A stretch of 64,000 bases of DNA from Nitrospirota bacterium (GTDB taxonomy: Bacteria > Nitrospirota > UBA9217). A program made the position numbers and the translations under genes. The DNA is taken from NCBI GenBank assembly GCA_963796285.1, contig CAWCKW010000013.1, forward strand, positions 224,001 to 288,000, read 5' to 3'. Below the pieces are notes generated by a model, which had not been told where the DNA came from, did not search any database, and worked only from the letters and a program-made list of their open reading frames with translations. Below are positions 44,160 through 53,530 of the stretch, piece by piece. Numbering within the stretch: the stretch's first letter is position 1; the number at the start of each line of letters is the position of its first letter.

Positions 44160-45275
44160 ATGAAGATCACCGTGAGCGTCATCAAGGCTGATATCGGATC
44201 TGTGGGTGGGCATATTGCACCTTCGAGTAAACTGTTCGAGACGGTGAAGAAGCATGTGCACGAGAAAGGCAAAGGATTTCTCATCGACAGCTATGTGAGC
44301 TTTACCGGCGATGATGTTGCTATCCTCATGACCCACACGAAAGGCGTGGGAAACGAGCTAGTCCATAAACTTGCCTGGGACGCCTTTGTATCGGGGACCG
44401 CGGTGGCGAAATCACAGGGACTCTATGGCGCCGGCCAAGACCTGCTGAAGGACGCCTTCTCAGGCAACGTCCACGGCATGGGGCCCGCGGTCACCGAGAT
44501 GGAGTTCGAGGAGCGTCCCGGTGAACCGATATTGTTCTTTGCCGCCGACAAAACCGACCCGGGCGCCTACAACCTCCCGCTCTACCTGGCGTTCGCGGAC
44601 GCCATGAACACGCCGGGACTGATGCTATCACCCAAGCTGGCCAAGGGGTTTAAATTCGTGATCATGGACGTGAACCACACGGAAGGCGACAGCGTCATCG
44701 AACTGAACGCTCCGGAAGACCTGTACGATATCGCCACGCTGCTCAGGGATCCGGAGCGGTTCGTGGTAGAATCGATCTGGTCACGTGCCGCGGGAACGCA
44801 GGCCGTGTCCGTGGCAACATCGCGGCTTCACAATATCGCCGGCAAGTATACAGGTAAGGACGATCCGGTGATGCTTGTCCGGACCCAGATGGACTTTCCG
44901 GCGACCGGCGAGGTCCTGCAGCCCTTTTCCATAGGCCACTTCGTGGCAGGCTGCATGCGCGGTTCCCATAATATGCCGATCATGCCGGTGAAGCTGAACT
45001 CCACCATCAGCTATTTCGACGGTCCGCCGATCGTGAGCTGCGCGACGTTTTGCATTCGCGAGGGCAAGCTTACGGAAATCATCGACGCCTTTGACCATCC
45101 CTTCTGGGACCGGGTGCGTGACCATGTAGCGGACAAGGCCATGGATATGCGGAAACAGGGGTTCTTCGGAGCCGCCATGCTGCCCATGAACGAGCTGGAG
45201 TACACGGGGATCATGGAGAAGCTTGCGGTCCTCGAGAAAAGGTTCGCTGTGAGGACAAGATCGCTGGCAGCCTAG
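44160..45275 (+). CDS. fbp: Fructose-1,6-bisphosphate aldolase/phosphatase (class V)
   Basis: KADIGSVGGH, YGAGQDLL, DKTDPGA, YTGKDDP, ELEYT. Confidence 0.95.
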   Translation: MKITVSVIKADIGSVGGHIAPSSKLFETVKKHVHEKGKGFLIDSYVSFTGDDVAILMTHTKGVGNELVHKLAWDAFVSGTAVAKSQGLYGAGQDLLKDAFSGNVHGMGPAVTEMEFEERPGEPILFFAADKTDPGAYNLPLYLAFADAMNTPGLMLSPKLAKGFKFVIMDVNHTEGDSVIELNAPEDLYDIATLLRDPERFVVESIWSRAAGTQAVSVATSRLHNIAGKYTGKDDPVMLVRTQMDFPATGEVLQPFSIGHFVAGCMRGSHNMPIMPVKLNSTISYFDGPPIVSCATFCIREGKLTEIIDAFDHPFWDRVRDHVADKAMDMRKQGFFGAAMLPMNELEYTGIMEKLAVLEKRFAVRTRSLAA

Positions 45276-45637
45276 TAATTAATATCACCGGGTCAATAAG
45301 AAGATCGCAAGGCCGGGGACAATTCTCCGGCTTTTTCATGCGCGGCAGGTTTATTGTAACATAGAGAAAACAGATCGTATGAGTGCTGATTCCCGAGAAT
45401 CCTTCCACTAATCCGATAATTCTGCCACCCATGCCGACTTTTAAACAATTACTTAATACTGTTTATATCGTGGATTTTATGACATGGTTTTCGAATGATA
45501 ACTTCTTCCTGAACTCATTGAAGTAGCATATCATTGAAACACATCAAGTTACATTCTGTATCTGTTGGAAATCTCTTAAAATACCCCATCGAAAACATTG
45601 ACAAATTTTCATAGCGGTGCTTGTATCTAAGTAGTTC

Positions 45638-45678
45638 TCGATAAAGCCAAACCCTTCGCGAGGGGGGACGGACTGCCC
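45638..45678 (+). ncRNA. Truncated c-di-GMP-I (GEMM) aptamer lacking P3
   Basis: TCGATAAAGCCAAACC-CTTCGCGAGGG-GGGACGGA joined directly to CTGCC. Confidence 0.7.
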
Positions 45679-45791
45679 ATGCTTAGTTCCTTGATATCAG
45701 ACTCCAGGGGAAATCATCGATATCGCTCATCGGAAAAAACCGCGGCTGTGCTTTTTGCAAGGTCGTATCGAATAGAGAGGATACACGCCAT

Positions 45792-46506
45792 ATGAAGCAA
45801 AAGCCCCTTGCATCCTCACCCTCGGGCACACAAGACACGCAGGCAGATGCTTTTTTCTCCTCCTTTTTTGCCGACCCGAAGAAAAATCCCCATTATCGCA
45901 ATCACGTCGAGTTCTATCCGGCCAGGACTGTGATCGTGAGGCAGGAGACATCCCGCGAATGCCGTCTACCTGATCGAGCACGGCTTGGTGAAGCTCGTGA
46001 AGGAAAACTCGAAGGGCATCAAGGTGATCATCGGTCTTCGCCATCGCGACTGGTTGATCGGGGCTCCTACCATTTTCCTTGACAAACCCTATAACTTCAC
46101 GGTCATCGCCTTGCTCCCCACGATGCTTCGCGAGATTCCCAAGGAGGATTTCCTGGAACATATAAAAAAGGACGAACGGTTTTCCCAGCATGTCCAGCGT
46201 GCGCTCAGCCAGCAGGTCTTCGACATGATGAATTGGGTTGAGGCCATGAAATGCCTTTCTGCGGAAAATCGCCTGATGCGTTTTCTGGCCAAAACAGTCC
46301 GTGAGATGGAACCCTTCGGATTAGATAAGCCCGACGGTTTCGCGTTGCCGCTCTCTAATCAGGAACTCGCCCAGCTTCTCATGATTACTGCGGAGCACCT
46401 TTGCCGCGTGCTAAAAAAAATAGAGAATAAGGGCCTCATCAGACATTCAAAGGCGTCGCTGGTCGTGACCGATCCCGCACGCCTCTTTCAGTTGGCCGCT
46501 CACTGA
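45792..46506 (+). CDS. Crp/Fnr family transcriptional regulator (frameshift near 45955)
   Basis: cNMP-like domain (VYLIEHGLVKL), SAENRL, HTH SNQELAQLLMITAEHLCRVL. Confidence 0.85.
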
Positions 46507-46679
46507 GCCGGTTTTTGGAGCGACATCATCTCTAACCAGCATCCTTTCCAGTCCGATCATTCCGAATAAGGCGCTTTATTGCAGCTAAATGTGCATTGAT
46601 CTATATCGATCGCTGATTGATCTAGATCAATGACAAATCCTAAAATCTCAGTTATATATCTATTAACAATTACCGCTTT

Positions 46680-46756
46680 CTCGATAAAGCCAAACCCGGC
46701 GTGAGGCGGGGACGGAAAGCAACGGATCTTTGAAGACAAGACGGCCGAGCTGCCAA
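46680..46756 (+). ncRNA. c-di-GMP-I (GEMM-I) riboswitch
   Basis: CGATAAAGCCAAACC..GTGA..GGGACGGAAAGC, P3 stem, GCCGAGCTGCC; G at the position equivalent to Vc2 G20. Confidence 0.9.
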
Positions 46757-46784
46757 AGTTCTCAGAATGAGTATTCTGGGAACT
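46757..46784 (+). repeat. dif/Xer-like site 1
   Basis: AGTTCTCAGAA-TGAGTA-TTCTGGGAACT. Confidence 0.75.
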
Positions 46785-46799
46785 TATAAAGGAGAAATT

Positions 46800-47431
46800 A
46801 TGAGAAATTCAGGCACCAGACTTTTACAGTGGTTTTTATTTTTGGCAATTATTGCACTAACCGGATGTGCAAATAATCAACAGGCGTATCAAAAGGCATT
46901 TGATAGTCAACATTCACTTACCCAAAATCAGTGCGCCTTCACGCAGCCGCCTGAAAGTATTTTCAAGATCGTAAAACAAGTATTTATTCAGCAAGGATTC
47001 ACTATTGAAAGCGCAGACTTAAAGTCGGGCATAGTAAAAGCCGTACGAAACATGCAGGATAAGGAAAATCCTGAGATTTCTTACAATATTAGTGCATCAG
47101 CAGATATTTTAGAAGTAACAGGTTCTGAAACAAATGTCTCTTTGGCTTCAAGCCAACAGACAATTCTCCACCGCGCCTCTACTACCTGGTGGCACCTACT
47201 TTGGATCCTACCGATCATTCCTACGGGAACCGAATATCAAACCTTAGTCATCAAGGAAGGCAATATTACTGACCCAGGTTATTATTCCGATTTCTTCAAT
47301 TCTTTGAGAATTGCAGTGACAAAGTATGATTTGGCTGTAAAGGCTGCTGCAAAGGCCGCTGAAAAAGCAAAGGCAGAAAGAGTGCCACCGAAAACGCAGT
47401 GAAGATAAAAGCAGAGACGGAGGCAAAATGA
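46800..47431 (+). CDS. Lipoprotein, DUF2242-like (probable frameshift near 47385; track stop 47402)
   Basis: Lipobox LTGC; VFIQQGFTIESAD; AT-rich codons. Confidence 0.7.
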
Positions 47432-47465
47432 GGTTAGACCTATTTAATGGAGAAAGGAGAAAGCT

Positions 47466-48841
47466 ATGAAGAAAAGATATGATATGCAATTGGTACTGGT
47501 ATTTCTGTTTGTAGCGGCGCTCGCCGCCTGCAGTGGGGGGGGGGAGGTGGCGGGAGTAATAGCACTGCGCCGACAGCGCCGTTTATCACCGCCACGGTAT
47601 ACTACAGCGTGGCCACGGGGACCAATCAATCCGGTAGGCTCCAGGTTGATGTATTTACCGACAGTTCACAGTCAACGCCAATAGCGAACGCCACAGTAAC
47701 CGTAAATGGGACCGCTATCCCCTACAATACTTCAAATGCTCGGTATGAGGGGAACAATTTGTCAATAGACGCGAGTGCTACGGTCAATCTCAGTGTGACC
47801 ATACCCGGAGACGCTACCTACACCGCAACAGGCACCCAATTCACCACATTCCCAAACGTCACTGCTCCTACGTCGGGCGCTACATGGCAGGCAGCCAATG
47901 CCAATACCATCACCTGGACAGCCGGTGCGCCGACCGCAGGTGCAACGTATTTTGTCGGAGTTTTAGACAGTACCGGAAAACTCGTCTATCCTGCAGGGAA
48001 TACTCACCCTCTTAATATCCCTACAAGCTCTACCTCCTATATTATCCCTGCAAGCAGTTTAACGGCGGGAAGTTATTCTGTTTTTGTGGGAATTGGAACA
48101 GCAGGCATAGGCGAATATTCGGGAGGAATACCAATAGCCAACGCGGCTGCCGGTTCGGGTCTATGGATAGGCGGGATTACAGCCTTAGTCCCGATCACTG
48201 TAGGCGCCGGCAGCTCGGCTATCACGGGCCAAGCCGTCGACAAGGCTACGGGCAACCCGATGGCCGGCGTAACCGTCTCCGCCATGGATGCAACATCCCC
48301 CGGCACTGAGCTTTCAACGACGACAACTGACAGCAGCGGGAACTTCACCGCGAGCGTGCCATCGGGTCAAAGCGTTTATTTACATCTGGCCACGAGCGGA
48401 TACGTGAACAAGAACACCCACAATGTCTCTACGACCGGATCGCTGGCGTTTTCCAGCATAAACATGTTCACAACTGCCCAGGGTGTCCAGATCGCGAATG
48501 GACTTGGGCAGTGCCTTAGCGCAACGTCTTGGACCGATCCCTGCATCCAGAACATCGGGTGGGCGAATTTCGGCGCCAAGCTTACGGGCGGCTCGAACGC
48601 GGCAGGAGTTACCATCTCCGCATCGCCATCAGGAACGACGATCGGATACAACAACGGGAGTGGCGTCTATAACGGGGCTTCCACGATAGCCTCTCCGGGA
48701 GGCCTCCCGGCTGCTGCCGGGTACACCAGCACGCAGGCACATTACGCGTTCACCGCGACGAACGGGAGTACAACGATTGGCCCGGTTAACATATGGCTCG
48801 TAAAAGGCGAGCTTGGAGGGTATACCTTCAACGGCTTCTAA
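47466..48841 (+). CDS. Ser/Thr/Gly-rich lipoprotein with carboxypeptidase-regulatory-like domain (out of frame at G10 tract)
   Basis: Lipobox LAAC-SGGG; ITGQAVD..GNPMAGVTVS..TTTDSSGNF. Confidence 0.8.
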
Positions 48842-49011
48842 ATATTATCCTGAACCATAATAAAAAAACCTCCTATGCAGTGTCCCGCGTAGTAGGTTTT
48901 TTATTCATGGTATGCTCCTGAGCCGGAGGGAGTTTCTGAAGTATTCCGTGGTAGCGAGCACTCTTATCGCTGCGGCATAAGGTGTGGGCAATCAATTTAA
49001 GGAGGAAACTC

Positions 49012-49425
49012 ATGAAAAAGATACTGATAATAGCTGTGATAATAGCGCTGACCGCTATTAGTGGAATTGCTTTTGCCGAGGATCTCGTGCAGATCCCCGT
49101 CGCCAAAGAAGCTCTCGTGGGAACATGGGTGGGCGAATGGGATGAGGGTTACAACGTGAAAGGGAAACACCTTTCTGGTGAAGTTGAGATAATTTTTAAT
49201 AACACAGATTCTTTTGACTACGCCAGCAGCAAAAAGAAATTTACAGGCAAGATAGTAGACATATCCTCCGAAAAAATCGAACTGACCGACGGCAAATCCA
49301 GGACCGACAGCTACAAAATGTACAAGGACGCCAATGGGAATTTGGTGCTCAAGGGCACCTATTCCGATACCAGTCCAAGTAAGGGATTCAAAAGGGGAGA
49401 AATTATTGTGAAAAAGAAGCCCTAA
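49012..49425 (+). CDS. Secreted hypothetical protein
   Basis: RBS GGAGG, signal peptide ending AFA, LVGTWVGEW beta-barrel-like start. Confidence 0.8.
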   Translation: MKKILIIAVIIALTAISGIAFAEDLVQIPVAKEALVGTWVGEWDEGYNVKGKHLSGEVEIIFNNTDSFDYASSKKKFTGKIVDISSEKIELTDGKSRTDSYKMYKDANGNLVLKGTYSDTSPSKGFKRGEIIVKKKP

Positions 49426-49445
49426 CAACACATGTCTTCCGGAAC

Positions 49446-49484
49446 TTCAAAACCCCTGCCGCTCTTTGCGCAGGGGTTTTTGAA
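49446..49484. terminator. Bidirectional terminator closing the first module
   Basis: ttcaaaacccctgc...gcaggggtttttgaa, ending 6 bp before site 2. Confidence 0.75.
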
Positions 49485-49490
49485 ATCACC

Positions 49491-49518
49491 AGTGCCCAGA
49501 ATGAGTATTATGGGAACT
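49491..49518 (+). repeat. dif/Xer-like site 2
   Basis: AGTGCCCAGAA-TGAGTA-TTATGGGAACT. Confidence 0.75.
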
Positions 49519-49637
49519 TCAAAAGAAAGGAGGTAATGTTAAAAAATGCAGGTCGAAAGAAGGGCGTTTTGCTTCAAATATTCTATTCGGGCCTGGAGCT
49601 AGGAAAACTCTAGGCACTCTGTCAAGGAGGAAACGCC

Positions 49638-52274
49638 ATGGAAAATGGAAACAGTTGGGCAAAGACAGCCGGCTCATTCGTTATTTTCATTCTTTTCCTT
49701 GTGGCTTCATCTTTTCTGCCTTCATGCGGAGGAGGCGGTGGCGGCGGTGGCGGGGCACCCGCGCCAGCCCCGCCAGCCGCGCCAGCCTCTGTGACGGCTG
49801 ATGCAGGGAACGGCCAGGTCACCATCAGCTGGGATGCGTCTACCGGGGCCACCTCGTACAACATTTACTACAGCACGCTCCCCGGTGTCACCAAGACCAG
49901 CGGCACCAGGGTCACTGGGGCCGTAAGCCCAATGGACGTCACCGGCCTCACCAATGGAACCACCTACTACTTCGTGGTAACGGCGGTGAACGCCAACGGC
50001 GAGAGCGCCGAATCCATCCAGATCTCCGGCACCCCCTCCGCGTCTCCACCGCCGGCAGCCCCCATCGGGGTCAATGCAACGGCCGGTGATGGTCAGGTGA
50101 TCGTGAGCTGGACTGCCGCTGCTGACGCGACATCTTACAACATCTACTGGTCGACTACATCTGGTGTTACGAAGACCAACGGCACAAAGATCACCGGTGT
50201 CAGCAGTCCGTATACGCATACAAGCAGGACAAACGGGACAACCTATTTCTATGTTGTCACTGCTGGTAATTCTTTCGGAGAGAGTGTGGAATCGGCTCAG
50301 GTATCGGCGACACCGATCGCAACGACTCTCTCCTTGCAGACGATTGCTGTAACTTCCGATAAGGTCGCGGTCGAATGGGGAATCAACCCGCAGTTTATCG
50401 CCACCGGGAGTTACAGCGACGGGTCAACAAAAGACCTGACGGCCACGGTTCTGTGGAGTTCCACAAACTCGGCGGTGGCGATCGTGGATGCCACCGGCAT
50501 CGTGACCACGAGAGGAACCGGCAGTACGACAATTCAAGCAGCCTCGGGTTCCGTCATCGGCTCCGCCACGTTGACCGTTACTTCCCCGGGGCACTTTCTA
50601 TTGAAGAATGTCGGGCTATGGACCCAATTCGACCGCCGTGGCTATTCTGACGGGTACTATGGTGGCGAGATCATTCAAATGTGGGACCAAATCGATTGGG
50701 TGACGGGCAGCATCGTCTCGCAGGAAGTATCGCTCCAGCTCGACAAGATGAAGGCCATGGGAGTAAACGTAATCACCTATCAGTTTCGCGGAGCCGATAA
50801 TTCCGATGAGCTCTTCACATATCCCGATTGCAACATCGCACCGGTGCTGGGCCTCCAATTCCCCCAACCGACGGCAACGGAACTTGCGAACCTGCCACGT
50901 TTCTTCGACATGGTGCAGAGCAAAGGAATGAAGGTGTGGTTGAGTCTGATCAACACGCATATGGAGGAGCAGCCCCCGACCAATTCTCAGACATGGTTGG
51001 GGGCTATTTTGGGGGCCATCGGCAATCATCCGGCGCTTGACCTGGTACTCCTAGATGGTAGTGCACATTGGATCCAGGATATGACTAGTCCGACAGGCAC
51101 AACGTGCGGCACCCAGGCTGAGGCGATGCTATACCAAGGGAATGACTCCATCCCTGCTAAGTACGTGCAGTGGGCGATCGGTTTTGCGATGTCGCAGGGC
51201 ATCCCCGCCCGGAAGCTCTCTGCTGAAGCCATCGTCGGCGATTTCTTCGTGGATAGCATGCCGCCGGCCGGATACGAAGCCACCGATGGCCATCTGTGGC
51301 CTACGACCCCTGTTTTAAAAAAGATTTTCGATAACCTCAACATACCCGCGAGCGAGCGGACTTACGCGTTGTCCCTCTACGAGCACTGGAAATGCTCGTC
51401 CGCGCAATCGCTCCCATGTACCGACCTGAACCCTCACGACTGGGCCGACCAGACCTTACAAAATGTGATCAGCGTGGTGGGCAGCGGTCCGAGGATTGTG
51501 ATCCCGGAAATGGGCGTCATGAACCCCGTGGACCGGGTGAACTGGAATACACAACATGCACTCGAAAGCCTTGTCTTCCTCATGCAAAAACACGGCATAG
51601 ACAGTGGCTCATTCTGGCAATGGGTGGCTTCTGACAACGATAAAGATTCCGATCCGACCCAGTCCGATCCGGTGAAACGACGGGGCGTAGAGTTCATCTA
51701 CACCCCGGTGCAGAAGGAAGTCGTCGACATGGGCGGCTTCCACGTACCGGTGGTACCCAACGGTTCCTTCGAAGATACGATCGTCAACAGTGTGCCGGTG
51801 AACTGGATCAAGGCAGGCAACGGCACGGTTTCCCAGTATCTGTTGACACAGGAATCAGGTCAACCCGAAGTGCCTTCGCGAGGCACGCACGCGATGCGGA
51901 TCGTCACCGGCAGTGGACCAAACGATAATATTTCTGCGACAAGTGCCATGATCCCGGTTATCGCCGCGACCACCTACACGACAACGGCAAACATGCGTTT
52001 TGCCTGGACCGGGGACCCCAGCCCGGGCGGTTCGTCTGCATCTCGCCCACAGGTGTTCATCAACATTCTTTATTTTCAACAGAACGGGACCCCATCAGGT
52101 GTAACCACAAAGGATTTGTTCTCGTTCTTCCAGGAGGACAGCACGACCGGATTCGCCACTTTCCCGCAACAGTACACGACGCCGAGCGATGCGGCATTCG
52201 TCGAGGTCCAGTTCGGCGCCATGCGGAACGGGTTACCAACACAGATTACCCTGGATGTTGATAATGTCCGATAA
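49638..52274 (+). CDS. Large lipoprotein: 2x FN3, Big_2 Ig-like, glycoside-hydrolase-like barrel, CBM-like C-terminus
   Basis: LPSCGGGG lipobox; duplicated FN3 (SYNIY..NGTTY.YVVTA); QFIATGSYSDGS; KMKAMGVNVI, VIPEMG; VPNGSFE. Confidence 0.8.
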   Translation: MENGNSWAKTAGSFVIFILFLVASSFLPSCGGGGGGGGGAPAPAPPAAPASVTADAGNGQVTISWDASTGATSYNIYYSTLPGVTKTSGTRVTGAVSPMDVTGLTNGTTYYFVVTAVNANGESAESIQISGTPSASPPPAAPIGVNATAGDGQVIVSWTAAADATSYNIYWSTTSGVTKTNGTKITGVSSPYTHTSRTNGTTYFYVVTAGNSFGESVESAQVSATPIATTLSLQTIAVTSDKVAVEWGINPQFIATGSYSDGSTKDLTATVLWSSTNSAVAIVDATGIVTTRGTGSTTIQAASGSVIGSATLTVTSPGHFLLKNVGLWTQFDRRGYSDGYYGGEIIQMWDQIDWVTGSIVSQEVSLQLDKMKAMGVNVITYQFRGADNSDELFTYPDCNIAPVLGLQFPQPTATELANLPRFFDMVQSKGMKVWLSLINTHMEEQPPTNSQTWLGAILGAIGNHPALDLVLLDGSAHWIQDMTSPTGTTCGTQAEAMLYQGNDSIPAKYVQWAIGFAMSQGIPARKLSAEAIVGDFFVDSMPPAGYEATDGHLWPTTPVLKKIFDNLNIPASERTYALSLYEHWKCSSAQSLPCTDLNPHDWADQTLQNVISVVGSGPRIVIPEMGVMNPVDRVNWNTQHALESLVFLMQKHGIDSGSFWQWVASDNDKDSDPTQSDPVKRRGVEFIYTPVQKEVVDMGGFHVPVVPNGSFEDTIVNSVPVNWIKAGNGTVSQYLLTQESGQPEVPSRGTHAMRIVTGSGPNDNISATSAMIPVIAATTYTTTANMRFAWTGDPSPGGSSASRPQVFINILYFQQNGTPSGVTTKDLFSFFQEDSTTGFATFPQQYTTPSDAAFVEVQFGAMRNGLPTQITLDVDNVR

Positions 52275-52554
52275 GGCGGGTAGAAAAACCGGATTAGTCT
52301 TGTGAATGCGTGAAGGGGCGGAGGTTTCTTTCTACTCTCCGTCCCTTCTCATTCCGTAGGCTAACTATACAGCCTTGGCCCTGATACATTAACAAATCTC
52401 TCAGGTTCCATTCCACTAATAACGCTGCAAAAGCAATAACGCAATATAAGTGAATCAACGATGAACTAGTTAAAAAAAGGAGCAGACACTGCTCCACGGT
52501 AAACCCGGGAGGGATTTGGTCCAATAACCATGTCCCTCCTTTTCTGAAAGCTCC

Positions 52555-52582
52555 ATTTCCCAGAATGGGTATTCTGGGAACA
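52555..52582 (+). repeat. dif/Xer-like site 3
   Basis: ATTTCCCAGAA-TGGGTA-TTCTGGGAACA. Confidence 0.72.
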
Positions 52583-53036
52583 ATCCAAATCATTACACTT
52601 GCCCAGGTGGGCAAAGACGCCCATCTGGATTTTTTAACGCTATATTTTTTAACCTTGTCTGAATGATTTCTCGAACGGTCTTAATGCACTCGGCAGGAGG
52701 TCCGCGTTATGTGCAAGATCAATCCGTATTCGATGATAGTTTCATTCTCTTGAAATTACTGAGTAGTAGAAATCAACAAGTACAGGCCTACTGCCTGATG
52801 AAAGATTGCAAGCCGAATTCGCAATAAACCGATCAAGACTACACACGCAGCCAGAGTCTAAGAATAGAATATATTAGACGTTATCGATACCTATGACAAA
52901 ACCATCCCCTGACAGTACTTGCCGCAGCGCTCAGATGAGATGCGCTGCGGCGAAAAGTTAACTACTCAAGACCGCGGTGATACAGTGTATTTTTCTTAAA
53001 GATCCGTCCCCTTCGTAGAATTTAGCGGCAACGGAT

Positions 53037-53448
53037 CTATTTTTTTACTTCTTTGCCGGCCTCAGCCTGTTTCCGTTTCCTGCCCGTAAAATAAGCTTCC
53101 ACGGGGTTCCAGTCAAAGGACACATCTCTTCCCATAAGGGTGGATACGCCTTTTACGGCCAGGTTCACGACTTCGGCCAGCACTACGAAGAAGAATCCCA
53201 CGGGCAGCATAACGATGTACGCCAATCCGATGAACGGGGCGGCCGCTATCTTGCCGGCGATACTTCATGGTTTCCCGATAGCCGTTCTGTTTGATGTGCT
53301 CCAGGTCATCCTTGCCTGCGCTGACGACCGTGGCGAAGGGCTTGGGTTTCAGGACCTCCCAGAATACCAGAAACGTGGCGATGGACAGAACGGATATAAT
53401 GTATTCTATTCCCTTTACATGTGTGATGAAATCAACAAGTGTATACAT
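53037..53448 (-). CDS. Membrane protein with HmcD-like N-terminus (frameshift near 53258)
   Basis: MYTLVDFITHVKGIEYII..FW; continues AAPFIGLAYIVMLP..SFDWNPVEAYFTG. Confidence 0.7.
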
Positions 53449-53530
53449 AGCGTTTCCTCCTTAAGTTCCGGCAGATGTTCATCCGCCTGATCTGGAAAAT
53501 CCGCGCGCCCTATGCGCACAGGTATTTATG

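Noticed and set aside
46680-46756. c-AMP-GMP (GEMM-Ib) variant
   Set aside because: The specificity position aligns as G, not A.
46767-46799. ORF-track N-terminal extension MSILGTYKGEI
   Set aside because: It starts inside the dif-like site; the RBS and signal peptide favour ATG 46800.
47433-47439. GTTAGAC integron core site before the second island gene
   Set aside because: No upstream inverse core or attC stem; a 7-mer match is expected by chance.
48931-48952. agtttctgaagtattccgtggt as a fourth dif-like site
   Set aside because: Spacer length is wrong and the arms are too degenerate.
46757-52582. CRISPR array interpretation of the three 28-bp palindromic repeats
   Set aside because: Spacing is about 3 kb with whole genes in between; no cas genes.
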